Source: a virus
Taxonomy: Duplodnaviria > Heunggongvirae > Uroviricota > Caudoviricetes
IMG/VR virus record: IMGVR_UViG_2541047857_000009
DNA length: 64,000 nt
Direction: 5' to 3' (one strand)
Numbering within the stretch: position 1 is the stretch's first letter; the number at the start of each line of letters is the position of its first letter. Positions 39,517 to 49,134 of this stretch are shown here, piece by piece. The notes under the pieces are model-generated. The model made no database searches. It worked only from the letters and a program-made list of their open reading frames with translations, and was not told where the DNA came from. The position numbers and the translations under genes were made by a program.

Positions 39517-40155
39517 ATGAAAAAGTTAACAGTGGCGGCTTTGGCAGTAGCAACTCTTCTCTCTGGCAGTGCCTTTGCACATGAAGCCGGCGAATTTTTT
39601 ATGCGTGCAGGTTCTGCAACCGTACGTCCAACAGAAGGTGCTGGTGGTACGTTAGGAAGTTTGGGTGGATTCAGCGTGACCAATAACACTCAACTGGGCC
39701 TGACGTTTACTTATATGGCGACCGACAACATTGGTGTGGAATTACTGGCAGCAACGCCGTTCCGCCATAAAATCGGCACCCGGGCGACCGGCGATATTGC
39801 AACCGTTCATCATCTGCCGCCAACACTGATGGCGCAGTGGTATTTTGGTGATGCCAGCAGCAAATTCCGTCCTTACGTTGGTGCAGGTATTAACTACACC
39901 ACCTTCTTTGATAATGGATTTAACGATCATGGCAAAGAGGCGGGGCTTTCCGATCTCAGTCTGAAAGACTCTTGGGGAGCTGCCGGGCAGGTGGGGGTTG
40001 ATTATCTGATTAACCGTGACTGGTTGGTTAACATGTCAGTGTGGTACATGGATATCGATACCACGGCTAAGTACAAATCTGGTGTTACTACCGTAAAAGA
40101 CTCGGTACGACTGGATCCGTGGGTGTTTATGTTCTCCGCAGGATATCGTTTTTAA
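39517..40155 (+). CDS. ompW: Outer membrane protein W
   Basis: Signal peptide MKKLTVAALAVATLLSGSAFA, beta-barrel, C-terminal aromatic residue. Confidence 0.9.
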   Translation: MKKLTVAALAVATLLSGSAFAHEAGEFFMRAGSATVRPTEGAGGTLGSLGGFSVTNNTQLGLTFTYMATDNIGVELLAATPFRHKIGTRATGDIATVHHLPPTLMAQWYFGDASSKFRPYVGAGINYTTFFDNGFNDHGKEAGLSDLSLKDSWGAAGQVGVDYLINRDWLVNMSVWYMDIDTTAKYKSGVTTVKDSVRLDPWVFMFSAGYRF

Positions 40156-40159
40156 TTTT

Positions 40160-40194
40160 CTCTGCAAAACCTCTGCAAAACCCCTCTGCAAAAC
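40160..40194. repeat. Triple direct repeat CTCTGCAAAAC at ompW/int junction (candidate att region)
   Basis: CTCTGCAAAAC at 40160, 40171 and 40184, between ompW stop and integrase 3' end. Confidence 0.6.
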
Positions 40195-40218
40195 TGGTCA
40201 TCAAATGACCAGTTTTTT
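40194..40218 (+). terminator. ompW intrinsic terminator overlapping integrase 3' end
   Basis: CTGGTCA-TCAAA-TGACCAG hairpin followed by TTTTTT. Confidence 0.65.
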
Positions 40219-41331
40219 CCATTCCTTACCGCGTGCGTCGTTGTAAATATCGGTCATTTTTTGATTCGAATGGCCCAGCAAAATTTTGGTATCAACCCCC
40301 TGCTCTCTGAACAATCGCTCTGATAAAGATCTCTGCTCATGGAAAGAGGGTGGGGTGCCATTAGCACGCCAGTTGTAATCCACAGAATCCCGGGCTTTTT
40401 TAAATGCAACGGTTAATGTTGCTGGCTTAACCATCCCGCCGCGCTTAGCTGTCCCTTTCGCGTGATGGTGGTGCAATAGCCACGGACTAAGAACGCAATC
40501 GCGGCAGGATGACACCACATCATCTAGGGTGAGATTTAATTTATCGCAACGCAGAGCCAGAGGGATGGCAATCCGGGTTCCTGTTTTTTGCTGTTCGACA
40601 TGAAGATAACCATCCCGGATATCCGAAAATTGCATTTTGCAAATATCTGAAAGGCGCTGGCCTGTCATCAGTGCCAGCAGCATACCGCGCTGTAAAAAGT
40701 AACCATCCTTTTCCGCTGCGTTATAAATCATCATCCACTCATCAAAAGTCAGTCGCTGTCTTGATATCCGCACCTGCGGTTTTTTTGCCGATTCTGCAGG
40801 GTTAAAGCCTGGCGGGACATCGCCCGTTTGCTGAGCTTCCCGGAAAACATCGATCAGTACTTTCCTGAAAATTTGTCCCATTCTGTTATGTCCTCTGGCC
40901 TTGTACTCTTCCAGTACTGATACCACATCTTTTACGGTTATGGCATCTAACGGTCTGGTGCCAAAACGTTCATCAAATACCCTGAGAGGGGCCGCTTTCT
41001 GTTTCAGCGTGTTGAGTTTGATCTCGCCGTTTTCATATCTTTCCTGTTGAATTTTTCTGTAATTATTCAGAAAAATGGTAACGGTTGATGAACCGCCGGT
41101 GTCACTAATAATTTTCTCCTGCAGACTGAGCATTTGTTCCATTTGCTGCCGGGCAAGACGGCTGTTCGCTTCTGCTGCAATAGTTTCTGCCAGTTTCTGG
41201 TCAATACTGCCGAGACCGTGATTTTTGCCTGTTATGGGATGCCTGTAACGCCAGTAAACTTTGTTATTTCTTTTGTCAAAATACGGAGATAATCCCGGAA
41301 CATCGGTTTTATATTTTCGCGGGCGCGCCAT
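40201..41331 (-). CDS. int: Tyrosine integrase
   Basis: C-terminal catalytic region with R, HxxR and Y (HSNQKMTDIYNDARG). Confidence 0.9.
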   Translation of the reverse strand: MARPRKYKTDVPGLSPYFDKRNNKVYWRYRHPITGKNHGLGSIDQKLAETIAAEANSRLARQQMEQMLSLQEKIISDTGGSSTVTIFLNNYRKIQQERYENGEIKLNTLKQKAAPLRVFDERFGTRPLDAITVKDVVSVLEEYKARGHNRMGQIFRKVLIDVFREAQQTGDVPPGFNPAESAKKPQVRISRQRLTFDEWMMIYNAAEKDGYFLQRGMLLALMTGQRLSDICKMQFSDIRDGYLHVEQQKTGTRIAIPLALRCDKLNLTLDDVVSSCRDCVLSPWLLHHHHAKGTAKRGGMVKPATLTVAFKKARDSVDYNWRANGTPPSFHEQRSLSERLFREQGVDTKILLGHSNQKMTDIYNDARGKEWKKLVI

Positions 41332-41557
41332 CTTCCAGTATCCTCTTCAAAGCAGGGTGATCTGTGGCGATCACCTCCGGCTTGTTTACCATTCCGACAA
41401 AGCGAGCTTGCGGATCCACTCGCCAGCGTCTTCCAACTTTTTTGGGGAGAGGAAATATCATTCCGGCTTTAGCGTATTTACTTAACGTACTCGGGGTAGG
41501 GACCGGTTCACTGAATTCCTCCTTTGCCCACTCAGTGAGCAGAATAAGTCTTGCCAT
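41309..41557 (-). CDS. xis: Excisionase-like protein
   Basis: 82-aa basic protein directly upstream of and overlapping int. Confidence 0.65.
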   Translation of the reverse strand: MARLILLTEWAKEEFSEPVPTPSTLSKYAKAGMIFPLPKKVGRRWRVDPQARFVGMVNKPEVIATDHPALKRILEDGAPAKI

Positions 41558-41621
41558 GAGCGTCGTTCGCTAATCATGGTCGCCGCCACTATAGCTGGTG
41601 GGCAACGACCGGGGTTGAACA

Positions 41622-44093
41622 TTAAAAATCAGCCTGATTTGGGATCAGTTTTTGCCAGATAGCTGAAACGTATTTTGCCTGGTAACGGGCGTCATCAAGT
41701 GCATTATGGCGCTCACCTTCGAATGGAATAGCCGTTCTGGCATCGAAGTCTATGGCTTTCCCCAGCTCAACGATTGTGCGTACATCGCGATCGTTGTAGT
41801 AACGCCACGGGCAGGGGATCCCCTGCCGTTCGTATGAACGGCGCAAAATCGTGTTGTCGAAGTTGGCTCCATTTCCCCAAACCTGAACAAAAAATTCACC
41901 GGAGTTTTCGTCGATAAATTCCCGCAATTGTAACAGTGCATCATCTAACGGGATTTCATCGGTCATAATGGCAGATTGCGCTTCGCGTGATTGCTTAAGC
42001 CACCATTTAATGGTGTCCCGATCAATGACTCCGCCAGCAGTTTCCAGATCGATAGTCTTACTAAATTCCGGTCCCATATCTCCGGTTTGCGGATCGAAAA
42101 ATATTGCACCTATTGAGATGATCGGGGCATCAGGATTTTTTCCCATGGTTTCAAGGTCGATCATTAGATGGTCACACGTCCTGCTGGTGGATGTGATTTC
42201 GTGATGACCGTTCACCTTAATTGGGTGATCTGCCGTCTCGCCAGTTTCATTATCGCTATTGTGATGCTGATTGCCGCCAGTGTTCTCCTTGTGTGGATGT
42301 TCAGCGCCTTCCATTTCCTCCGGATCATCTTCCTGAACTTCAACCTGATACTCTTCATCGAATGTTTCTTGGTATGTTGCGTCGCCCATCACCGCGCCAC
42401 AATCAGGACAGTTGCCGCCGCCGGTCTGACCGCAGGCGGTGCAGGCTTTTTCCACTTCCTGGTGCGCCACTGGTTCAGGCTGTTTCGTTTCTGGCTCGTT
42501 TTGTAACGCATTTGGACTGTTTTGTTCCGCTTTTTGGTAGTTCCGTTCCGATTCATGCTGGTTCTGGCTCACAGAATCGCGGGTCTGGATCCCCTTAATC
42601 CATTTCGGATCATTCGGGTCACTAATCCCTTCAACAAATTCACCACGTGATGCAGCAAGCAACTTATCGGCGTCAGGCTGGCTGATATTGGCTGCCTGCA
42701 TAATTTTGTTTACTTCGTCAGCGGTAACTTTTATCGGCTCTGGTTGTTCTGAATCTTCAGCGGTATCTACATTTTGCGGTAAGCCCGTGTATGTGCCATT
42801 TTTTCGGGCAAAATATTCTTCTTTTGTGATTTCAGTGGCGCCAGCAGCCAGTGCCTTATCCAGACCAGAAAGTTTGTTTGCGCGACCGTATTTTTCTCCG
42901 TCCTTATCTGCGAAGAGGAAATAGAACGGCCCCTCACGCTCTACAGATGGTTCAGCTTCCGGCGCGGTTTCATTTTTTGGGATATCAGATACCTCAGTTT
43001 CCACTGCATCAGTTTGTGTTTCTGATGACTGGAGAACATCAACAGTGCCCAGGTCTGTTTCTTCATTCTCAAACACGCCCTTTGTCGTCAGGTATTCGCA
43101 GATATATTTGTTCAGTGCTACGGGATCTTTGTGAATGTCGATCGGACGCTCACGGACAAGGCCAAAAATAGTTTGGCGGTCGTAGCGAAGGGCATCAGGC
43201 TGTTTGCGCATTGATGCCGAGATACGCTTCCAGTCTTCGCGGTCGTTGTCGATAACTTCTTTTTTTGCCCAGCGATGGATGCTGCCGTCAATGTTTCCGG
43301 CATCCACATCACCAGGCCAGAGAGCGTAGGCCAGTTCGTCATCCAGTGTTTTCCATGTCTGCTTGTATTCGCGATGAATGGCAGCAATGACCGGGCTGAT
43401 TTTTCCTGTTGAATTTTCAGTGTACTGTTGATTGGCTCTGGCGCGGGCGAGATCAACAACAGACGTGTATTTTCCGGTTTCCTTGCGTTCACCTTCGCGA
43501 CGTTTTTTCCAGATGCGCATCTCTGCCTGAATTTCGGGCCATTTAGCACCAGGAATACATTTATGCTTAACCCACCCAATGGCGTGCAACTTAAGCTCCG
43601 GATACATGGCGTTAACTTCTGGCATTTTCATCAACGCTTCAACGATATGTCCGTCGAATGTTGCCATGTCTTCCTGCAACAATTCCTGTGCGCTAATAAC
43701 CATATCAACGGTGATGTTTTCACATGTGTCGAACTTAACCATGACAGCGTTCTGTACTTCAGGGGCCAGCTTGTCAAAAGTGACGTTCATCGGATCGGAT
43801 TCAGTCTCGACCGGAACAAAGGAAGCAGACGCCTCATCCCAGCGGTTTTCCTGCATATATTCAGCATCCCAGGAATCGAGGGCAGGGCGGGGTATACCGG
43901 GTTTATCCTCGCAAACAAGAAATTTATAAGCGCAGTCCTGAGCAGCCGGATAATGTTCCAGGAATTGCCAGTGAAATTTTGCGCGGGCGCGACGTTCATC
44001 ACCGGCTTCAATGGCAGTGGCTACAGCGACGGCACCTTCTTCCTTTATTGCCTGTTCGTCCGGAATGGCGGCGCAAATAAAGACTTTACTCAT
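41622..44093 (-). CDS. Large prophage exonuclease with C-terminal DEDDh 3'-5' exonuclease domain
   Basis: C-terminus carries DLETMG, FDNTIL and HNALDDARY motifs; central CTACG...CPDCG zinc ribbon; 823 aa. Confidence 0.7.
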   Translation of the reverse strand: MSKVFICAAIPDEQAIKEEGAVAVATAIEAGDERRARAKFHWQFLEHYPAAQDCAYKFLVCEDKPGIPRPALDSWDAEYMQENRWDEASASFVPVETESDPMNVTFDKLAPEVQNAVMVKFDTCENITVDMVISAQELLQEDMATFDGHIVEALMKMPEVNAMYPELKLHAIGWVKHKCIPGAKWPEIQAEMRIWKKRREGERKETGKYTSVVDLARARANQQYTENSTGKISPVIAAIHREYKQTWKTLDDELAYALWPGDVDAGNIDGSIHRWAKKEVIDNDREDWKRISASMRKQPDALRYDRQTIFGLVRERPIDIHKDPVALNKYICEYLTTKGVFENEETDLGTVDVLQSSETQTDAVETEVSDIPKNETAPEAEPSVEREGPFYFLFADKDGEKYGRANKLSGLDKALAAGATEITKEEYFARKNGTYTGLPQNVDTAEDSEQPEPIKVTADEVNKIMQAANISQPDADKLLAASRGEFVEGISDPNDPKWIKGIQTRDSVSQNQHESERNYQKAEQNSPNALQNEPETKQPEPVAHQEVEKACTACGQTGGGNCPDCGAVMGDATYQETFDEEYQVEVQEDDPEEMEGAEHPHKENTGGNQHHNSDNETGETADHPIKVNGHHEITSTSRTCDHLMIDLETMGKNPDAPIISIGAIFFDPQTGDMGPEFSKTIDLETAGGVIDRDTIKWWLKQSREAQSAIMTDEIPLDDALLQLREFIDENSGEFFVQVWGNGANFDNTILRRSYERQGIPCPWRYYNDRDVRTIVELGKAIDFDARTAIPFEGERHNALDDARYQAKYVSAIWQKLIPNQADF

Positions 44094-44185
44094 TTTGTTT
44101 TACCTCATTACAGATTTAAGGGTGAACAAATCCCTGCCATTGCTGGCATATAAGAATGAAATCGGATGTTTATTACGGAACTGTT

Positions 44186-44377
44186 TTAAAGACCTGCCGG
44201 GATTTCGTTATTATCCTGGTGAATAACTTTATCGACCGGGTAACAGTTACCGGGAATTTTCTGTTCGGTTGCTGCAGTCACACACTCCTGCATTGTCCTG
44301 TGAACACTGACTGCAGTATCAACTGGCTCTCCGGAAACAAGAAAAACTGTCAGAACAAGTGCAAATGCTGTATTCAT
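44186..44377 (-). CDS. Small secreted protein (signal peptide, two Cys)
   Basis: MNTAFALVLTVFLVSG signal-like N-terminus; AT-rich; start overlaps upstream stop (ATGA). Confidence 0.45.
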   Translation of the reverse strand: MNTAFALVLTVFLVSGEPVDTAVSVHRTMQECVTAATEQKIPGNCYPVDKVIHQDNNEIPAGL

Positions 44378-44667
44378 TGCCAGCATCCTTTTTGTATCGG
44401 ACGTAAACGGGCCAACATTGAAAGAATGCATATTTTATTTAATAGCTCCCGTTCGTGTTTTCTCTTGTTAATGGCATCTTCAGTAAATACAGGGTTACTG
44501 ATAGTGACACCAATTTCAAAACAACCTTCAGACGTATTAACGTTTGGTAATAACGTTTCCATTATCGCGTCCTCAACAATGAATTTTGTGATGCGGTGCC
44601 TGGTGCTTCCAGGTGACGTTAACCAGTTAACAATTAACGCCGGATACAGAGAATCCACCCATAACAC
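44374..44667 (-). CDS. Hypothetical protein (AT-rich; start may be internal Met at 44562)
   Basis: 97-aa ORF upstream of and overlapping the secreted-protein gene. Confidence 0.4.
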   Translation of the reverse strand: MLWVDSLYPALIVNWLTSPGSTRHRITKFIVEDAIMETLLPNVNTSEGCFEIGVTISNPVFTEDAINKRKHERELLNKICILSMLARLRPIQKGCWQ

Positions 44668-45127
44668 TGTTTTTGGTTTTAACTGTTCCGCGTGCGCTTA
44701 GCCGCATTCACCGCATCACAAAATTCACTTTAAAAAGGGCGGCAGAGCAGTCACGGAGTAAAACTGATACCGCCAAACGTCACCAGAAAATTGATAACAG
44801 AGGGCGTTGCAGCGGGGTTGTCACTTAAGCGTATGGTCAACCTGACAACCCGGTGTCCTCAACGGTGGAAGGAATAACCCCGCCATACTTACCGCCGCGC
44901 CATTTCGCGGATTGCCACAACCGGAAGCGCACGGTCGACGAAAATTTAACGACAGGCTATCTATGAACCAGCTACCTCGCCGTGCGCTTTCGCGTTATGG
45001 TCTGACTTTTCAGGGAAATATCCTTTCAGTAAACTGTCAGTGCCGGATGCTCACCCGTGTCCGGCGCACGCACTCCACCTCACCCGTGGAGAACTCCTTA
45101 ATTACCAACCTTAGCTTCGTTGGTTAG

Positions 45128-45349
45128 CTATTCACGCGGGTATGTAATCATTCTGGCAATGCTTAATGCCGCTGCTTTTTCCAGATTGGTGATATCCTGC
45201 TCCAGAGCGGACAGATTTTCAGCCTGCTTAGCCCTGGCTTCATTGGCCCATTTCAAATCCTGCGCTGCATTAATTTTCTGGCGCATCCACTCATAAAGTT
45301 CATCATTGGTATAGTCTGGCGCGATGATGACGGGTTCTCGTTTCTGCAT
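45128..45349 (-). CDS. Hypothetical early-left protein (YdfC-like)
   Basis: 73-aa ORF with downstream hairpin CCAACC...GTTGGTTAG; resemblance to Qin ydfC is from memory. Confidence 0.5.
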   Translation of the reverse strand: MQKREPVIIAPDYTNDELYEWMRQKINAAQDLKWANEARAKQAENLSALEQDITNLEKAAALSIARMITYPRE

Positions 45350-45378
45350 ACTGATTCCTCGCGGTGCTGCTTCGCTTA

Positions 45379-45507
45379 TCAGCCGTTAGATTTTGCCGAG
45401 CTGGAAAGCGCCTGTTTAAACTCACTGAAGCTGAGAGCTTCTTCGCCTTCGGCAAGGCCTTCGAAGTATTCTTCGTAAGCCTTTTCCATGATTGTGTCGA
45501 AATCCAT
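45379..45507 (-). CDS. Small acidic protein (YdfB-like, 42 aa)
   Basis: Own translation MDFDTIMEKAYEEYFEGLAEGEEALSFSEFKQALSSSAKSNG; below ORF-track cutoff. Confidence 0.45.
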   Translation of the reverse strand: MDFDTIMEKAYEEYFEGLAEGEEALSFSEFKQALSSSAKSNG

Positions 45508-45508
45508 A

Positions 45509-45745
45509 TCACTCACCTGAGTTTCTTTCCAGCCAGCGACGGGCACCATTTTCGGTTTTAAACGTTTTGCTTTTGGTATACGTCATCGCGGTGAACGTAC
45601 CGTCCTGGTTGGGGAACACGCCACATACCAGAGATTCGCTGTTGCCAAGATCGATAGTATCCATGCTGACCTCATTTCCCCTTAACGCCGGGGTAGCGGA
45701 ACAAAAACCTGCTGCATAGTTATTAAAGTTGAACCCTGCCGTCAT
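45509..45745 (-). CDS. Hypothetical early-left protein
   Basis: 78-aa ORF co-directional with neighbours, downstream of cI on same strand. Confidence 0.45.
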   Translation of the reverse strand: MTAGFNFNNYAAGFCSATPALRGNEVSMDTIDLGNSESLVCGVFPNQDGTFTAMTYTKSKTFKTENGARRWLERNSGE

Positions 45746-45956
45746 GTTCTTACGCCTCGGGCTGGCTACTTAACCCCTGACCACTGCCTGGTAACTAGAA
45801 GTATTGCCCTGCATTCTGTGGGGTGGGGAGAGGGAATGAATTAAGTTTAGAAAAATGAACTTTTCAGGTCAATGTTTTTTTATCAAAACATTTTAAGCAG
45901 GCAGCTGTTAAGCCATCACCACGATGGCATACAGTTAATCAAATAGATGAGGTCGG

Positions 45957-46595
45957 TTAAATATTTTGTTGAATTTTAAAGCATACGCCCAATATGCAAG
46001 ATAGATCATCCAGCATAATTGAAGGGTAGCGAGGATTCGTGGGGACTAAAAGAATATCCGGCCCTTCTATCTCCAGTTTACGAATGACAGGTGTTGTGGT
46101 CCCTTTGGGTAAGGCAAGGACAATATTTCCTGGTTGTACGGTTCGATCGGGATCAACAAAAACTGTTGAACCATTTGGGATGGAAACTCCCCCACCAGAT
46201 GTTGACATACTGTCACTCTCTAGAACAACTGCAAAGGTATTGGCCGGGATTTCTCCGACAAGCTGCACACAAGAGGTTATTGAGGAATTTTTCATATAAT
46301 CACTCCAGCTTGCTGCCTGCTGAAGTGATAGTAGCGGAACCGTTTTTATCGGCGGTAAAGATAGATCAAGCGAATCACCTGTATTTAACTCTCCTCCATT
46401 AAGAAGCCAATTTTCGTTTACTTTCAATATTTTTGCCAGTGAACTTATGTAACGCGAGGACGGCGCTCCTCCACCGTTCATCCATTGACTTACGGAGCCT
46501 TTTGATGCGCCAGTGGCATTGACAAGGTCTTTGCCTTTCAGGTTTAGCGCATGCATACGTTGGGTTATGCGTTCAGATATTGTTTGCTTGTTCAT
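45957..46595 (-). CDS. cI: CI-like repressor (HTH plus S24 autopeptidase)
   Basis: HTH (GASKGSVSQWMNG), catalytic SDSM Ser and conserved Lys; divergent from cro-like gene. Confidence 0.85.
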   Translation of the reverse strand: MNKQTISERITQRMHALNLKGKDLVNATGASKGSVSQWMNGGGAPSSRYISSLAKILKVNENWLLNGGELNTGDSLDLSLPPIKTVPLLSLQQAASWSDYMKNSSITSCVQLVGEIPANTFAVVLESDSMSTSGGGVSIPNGSTVFVDPDRTVQPGNIVLALPKGTTTPVIRKLEIEGPDILLVPTNPRYPSIMLDDLSCILGVCFKIQQNI

Positions 46596-46686
46596 GTTTT
46601 GATTTTAAAACACAGATGGTTTTGTTTCTTGACTTTCTTTGGTTTTGATTATTAAACTTTTGGCGTTCAGTTTTATGGAGCGACTC

Positions 46687-46929
46687 ATGAAAAAATCAGA
46701 AGTATTAGGCTATTTTGGCGGAGTTGTTAAAACAGCCGCAGCTCTAGGAACGTCAAAAACCACAGTCAGCATGTGGGGGGAAGAGGTTCCGTGGAAATGG
46801 GCGTTGCTAATTCAGGCAGTCACTGCCGGGGCGCTCAAATATGAGTTACACATACCGACGGTTGTCATTCCCGGTTCTGATCATAATCCGCCTTCTAACC
46901 AAGGGGGGATTCATGAAAATCAAGCATGA
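46687..46929 (+). CDS. Cro/YdaS-like HTH regulator
   Basis: MKKSEVLGYFGGVVKTAAALGTSKTTVSMW HTH; GGAG SD; divergent from cI. Confidence 0.7.
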   Translation: MKKSEVLGYFGGVVKTAAALGTSKTTVSMWGEEVPWKWALLIQAVTAGALKYELHIPTVVIPGSDHNPPSNQGGIHENQA

Positions 46930-47338
46930 ACACATCCGCATGGCGATGAATGCCTGGGCGCGTCCTGATGGCGAAAAAGTTCCGGCAGCTGGAATAACCC
47001 AGGCTTATTTTGAGTTGGGTATGACGTTTCCTGAACTGTACGACGACAGCCATCCGGAAGCCCTGGCTCGCAATACCCAGAAAATTTTCCGCTGGATAGA
47101 GAAAGACACCCCTGATGCAGTTGAAAAAATTCAGGCGTTGTTACCAGCGATCGAAAAGGCAATGCCACCTTTGCTGGTGGCCAGAATGCGCAGCCACAGT
47201 TCAGCTTATTTTCGGGAGCTGGTGGAGACGCGGGAGCGACTGGTGAGAGACGCTGATGATTTTGTCGCAGTGGCAATCGCCGGTTTCAATCAGATGAACC
47301 GTGGTGGCCCGGCAGGAAATGCTGTGGCAGTACATTGA
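46913..47338 (+). CDS. YdaT-like / CII-position regulatory protein
   Basis: MKIKHEHI N-terminus as recalled for Rac YdaT; AAGGGGGG SD; follows cro. Confidence 0.6.
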   Translation: MKIKHEHIRMAMNAWARPDGEKVPAAGITQAYFELGMTFPELYDDSHPEALARNTQKIFRWIEKDTPDAVEKIQALLPAIEKAMPPLLVARMRSHSSAYFRELVETRERLVRDADDFVAVAIAGFNQMNRGGPAGNAVAVH

Positions 47339-47409
47339 CTGACAATAGCCATATCGAATCGCTTCCGGCAACTCGTGAGTAAAAAGATTCGGTATCAGAA
47401 GAGGTGAGT

Positions 47410-48480
47410 ATGGCTAACGCCTGGCTCAGATTATGGCATGACATGCCAAATGACCCTAAGTGGCGAACAATTGCCAGGGTGTCAGGGCAGCCAATTGCAA
47501 CAGTGATGGCAGTGTATATCCACCTCCTGGTGAGCGCGTCACGAAATGTCACGCGAGGTCACATTGATGTCACGACAGAAGATTTGGCAAGTGCGCTCGA
47601 CGTGACAGAAGAGGTAATTGATTCAATTTTGCAGACGATGCAGGGGCGGGTACTTGATGGTGATTTAATCACTGGATGGGAAAAACGCCAGGTGCTTAAA
47701 GAGGACAACGGCAATATTTCGCAAACCGCAAAATCTCCTGCAGAGCGCAAGAGGGCGCAGCGAGAGAGGGAAAGAAAGCGGGAACAAAATGGCGATTGTC
47801 ACGGCGCGTCACGAAATGTCACGCACATGTCACGACGAGTCACGACAGATAAAGATACAGATAAAGATACAGATCAAGAAGATCAAAACACTATGGTCCA
47901 TGGCGTAAAAAACGCCACGAACCAGGCAGGGGATGTTCAGACCGTCAATCTTGGTCAGCCAGCAGGCACGACACCGGAAGCCGATTCAGCGTATGCGCTG
48001 AAAGCCGATTCGGGCGCTGTGCAGCAGGTGATGACCGCAAGGCCGGAGCAATCACACCAACTGCAGCAGCCCGAAGCCGATTCCGCCATTCAGCGGGAAG
48101 CCGATCGGGTAGTCCCGGAAAACACCGGGCAGTCTGTGGGACGAGTGGATTATCCGGATGTGTTCGAACAGGTCTGGCGGGAGTACCCGTTGCGTGCTGG
48201 GGCAAACCCGAAGAAATCCGCTTTCAGTGCCTGGAAGGCCAGATTACGCGAGGGGGTGCCACCAGAGGCCATGCTGGATGGCGTGAGGCGTTACGCAAGA
48301 TACTTGGCGGCTACCGGGAAAACGGGAACGGAATTTGTTCAGCGAGCGACGACGTTTTTTGGACCGGACCGGAATTTTGAGAACCCCTGGTTGCTCCCGG
48401 TAAGCGGCACGAACAACCAGCGTTGTGTGAATCATATTTCTGAACCGGATAACGAAATTCCGCCGGGCTTCAGGGGGTAA
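47410..48480 (+). CDS. Replication initiation protein with internal iterons
   Basis: N-terminal DUF1376-like region, basic linker (ERKRAQRERERKRE), internal direct DNA repeats. Confidence 0.65.
   Translation: MANAWLRLWHDMPNDPKWRTIARVSGQPIATVMAVYIHLLVSASRNVTRGHIDVTTEDLASALDVTEEVIDSILQTMQGRVLDGDLITGWEKRQVLKEDNGNISQTAKSPAERKRAQRERERKREQNGDCHGASRNVTHMSRRVTTDKDTDKDTDQEDQNTMVHGVKNATNQAGDVQTVNLGQPAGTTPEADSAYALKADSGAVQQVMTARPEQSHQLQQPEADSAIQREADRVVPENTGQSVGRVDYPDVFEQVWREYPLRAGANPKKSAFSAWKARLREGVPPEAMLDGVRRYARYLAATGKTGTEFVQRATTFFGPDRNFENPWLLPVSGTNNQRCVNHISEPDNEIPPGFRG
47536..47880. repeat. Iteron cluster (putative ori) within replication gene
   Basis: CGTCACGAAATGTCACGC at 47538 and 47806; GTCACGACAG twice; tandem GATAAAGATACAGAT repeats near 47851. 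Confidence 0.7.
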
Positions 48481-48520
48481 GTGTTAATTTCTGGTCATGA
48501 GGTAATTTTCAGGAGGGCTT

Positions 48521-48943
48521 GTGGCAAAAGTTTTTACACAAGAAGAGCGGGAAAAAATTAAAGGACAGGTTGTTGAACTCGTACGCCAGAGTGGGCGTGA
48601 GACGTTACGGCAACTGGAAGTCAAGACAGGTGCGACAAGATATCTGATGAGCGTTCTCGCAAGAGAGCTGGTTGCCAGCGGCGATGTATGCAACTCTGGT
48701 TACGGGTTATTCCCGTCTGAACAGGCGCGTAAGGACTGGCAAAATGCCAGTAAAAAGCTCTCAAGGGCAAAGCTGAAGAAACCATCTGCGGTTGATCCGG
48801 ACCTTATCTGGTCATTACCTGACGGAGAAATACGTCGCTACGACAGGCGTCAGAACATAATCTGTCGCGAGTGCCGGAAGAGTGAAGTTATGCAGCGCAT
48901 ATTGTCGTTTTATCAGGGTGATGTTCGGTATTTATTGAAGTGA
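48521..48943 (+). CDS. Hypothetical protein
   Basis: 140-aa ORF after replication gene. Confidence 0.5.
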   Translation: MAKVFTQEEREKIKGQVVELVRQSGRETLRQLEVKTGATRYLMSVLARELVASGDVCNSGYGLFPSEQARKDWQNASKKLSRAKLKKPSAVDPDLIWSLPDGEIRRYDRRQNIICRECRKSEVMQRILSFYQGDVRYLLK

Positions 48944-49092
48944 CGAGATTAAAGTGCATTAGTTCAGATGCAAATTGACATTTTGTGGCACAGGGTAGAG
49001 CTAGCGTGGTTGTCCGCTTTGTGCCAATAGCGGACATTGCTGGCTCATGGTATGTTAGTTTAAGGAGGCAGGTTATGCCCTGTATTTCGCTG

Positions 49093-49101
49093 TGGTATAA
49101 T
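49093..49101 (+). promoter_or_regulatory. Extended -10 promoter element for the AT-rich cassette
   Basis: TGGTATAAT at 49093-49101; second TGGTATGTT near 49042. Confidence 0.5.
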
Positions 49102-49134
49102 AGTTGCGCAATTGATACAAGGGAGCGTTACATC

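Noticed and set aside
42168-44153. Several plus-strand ORFs (112 to 241 aa) overlapping the exonuclease gene
   Set aside because: Antisense to the 823-aa exonuclease ORF; low-complexity translations; spurious.
48985-49134. N-terminal extension of candidate protein A from the upstream start at 48985
   Set aside because: The extension is not AT-rich like the rest of the gene and runs through promoter-like elements; starts at 49135 (GTG) or 49075 (ATG) have proper SD sequences. The 49075 alternative remains possible.
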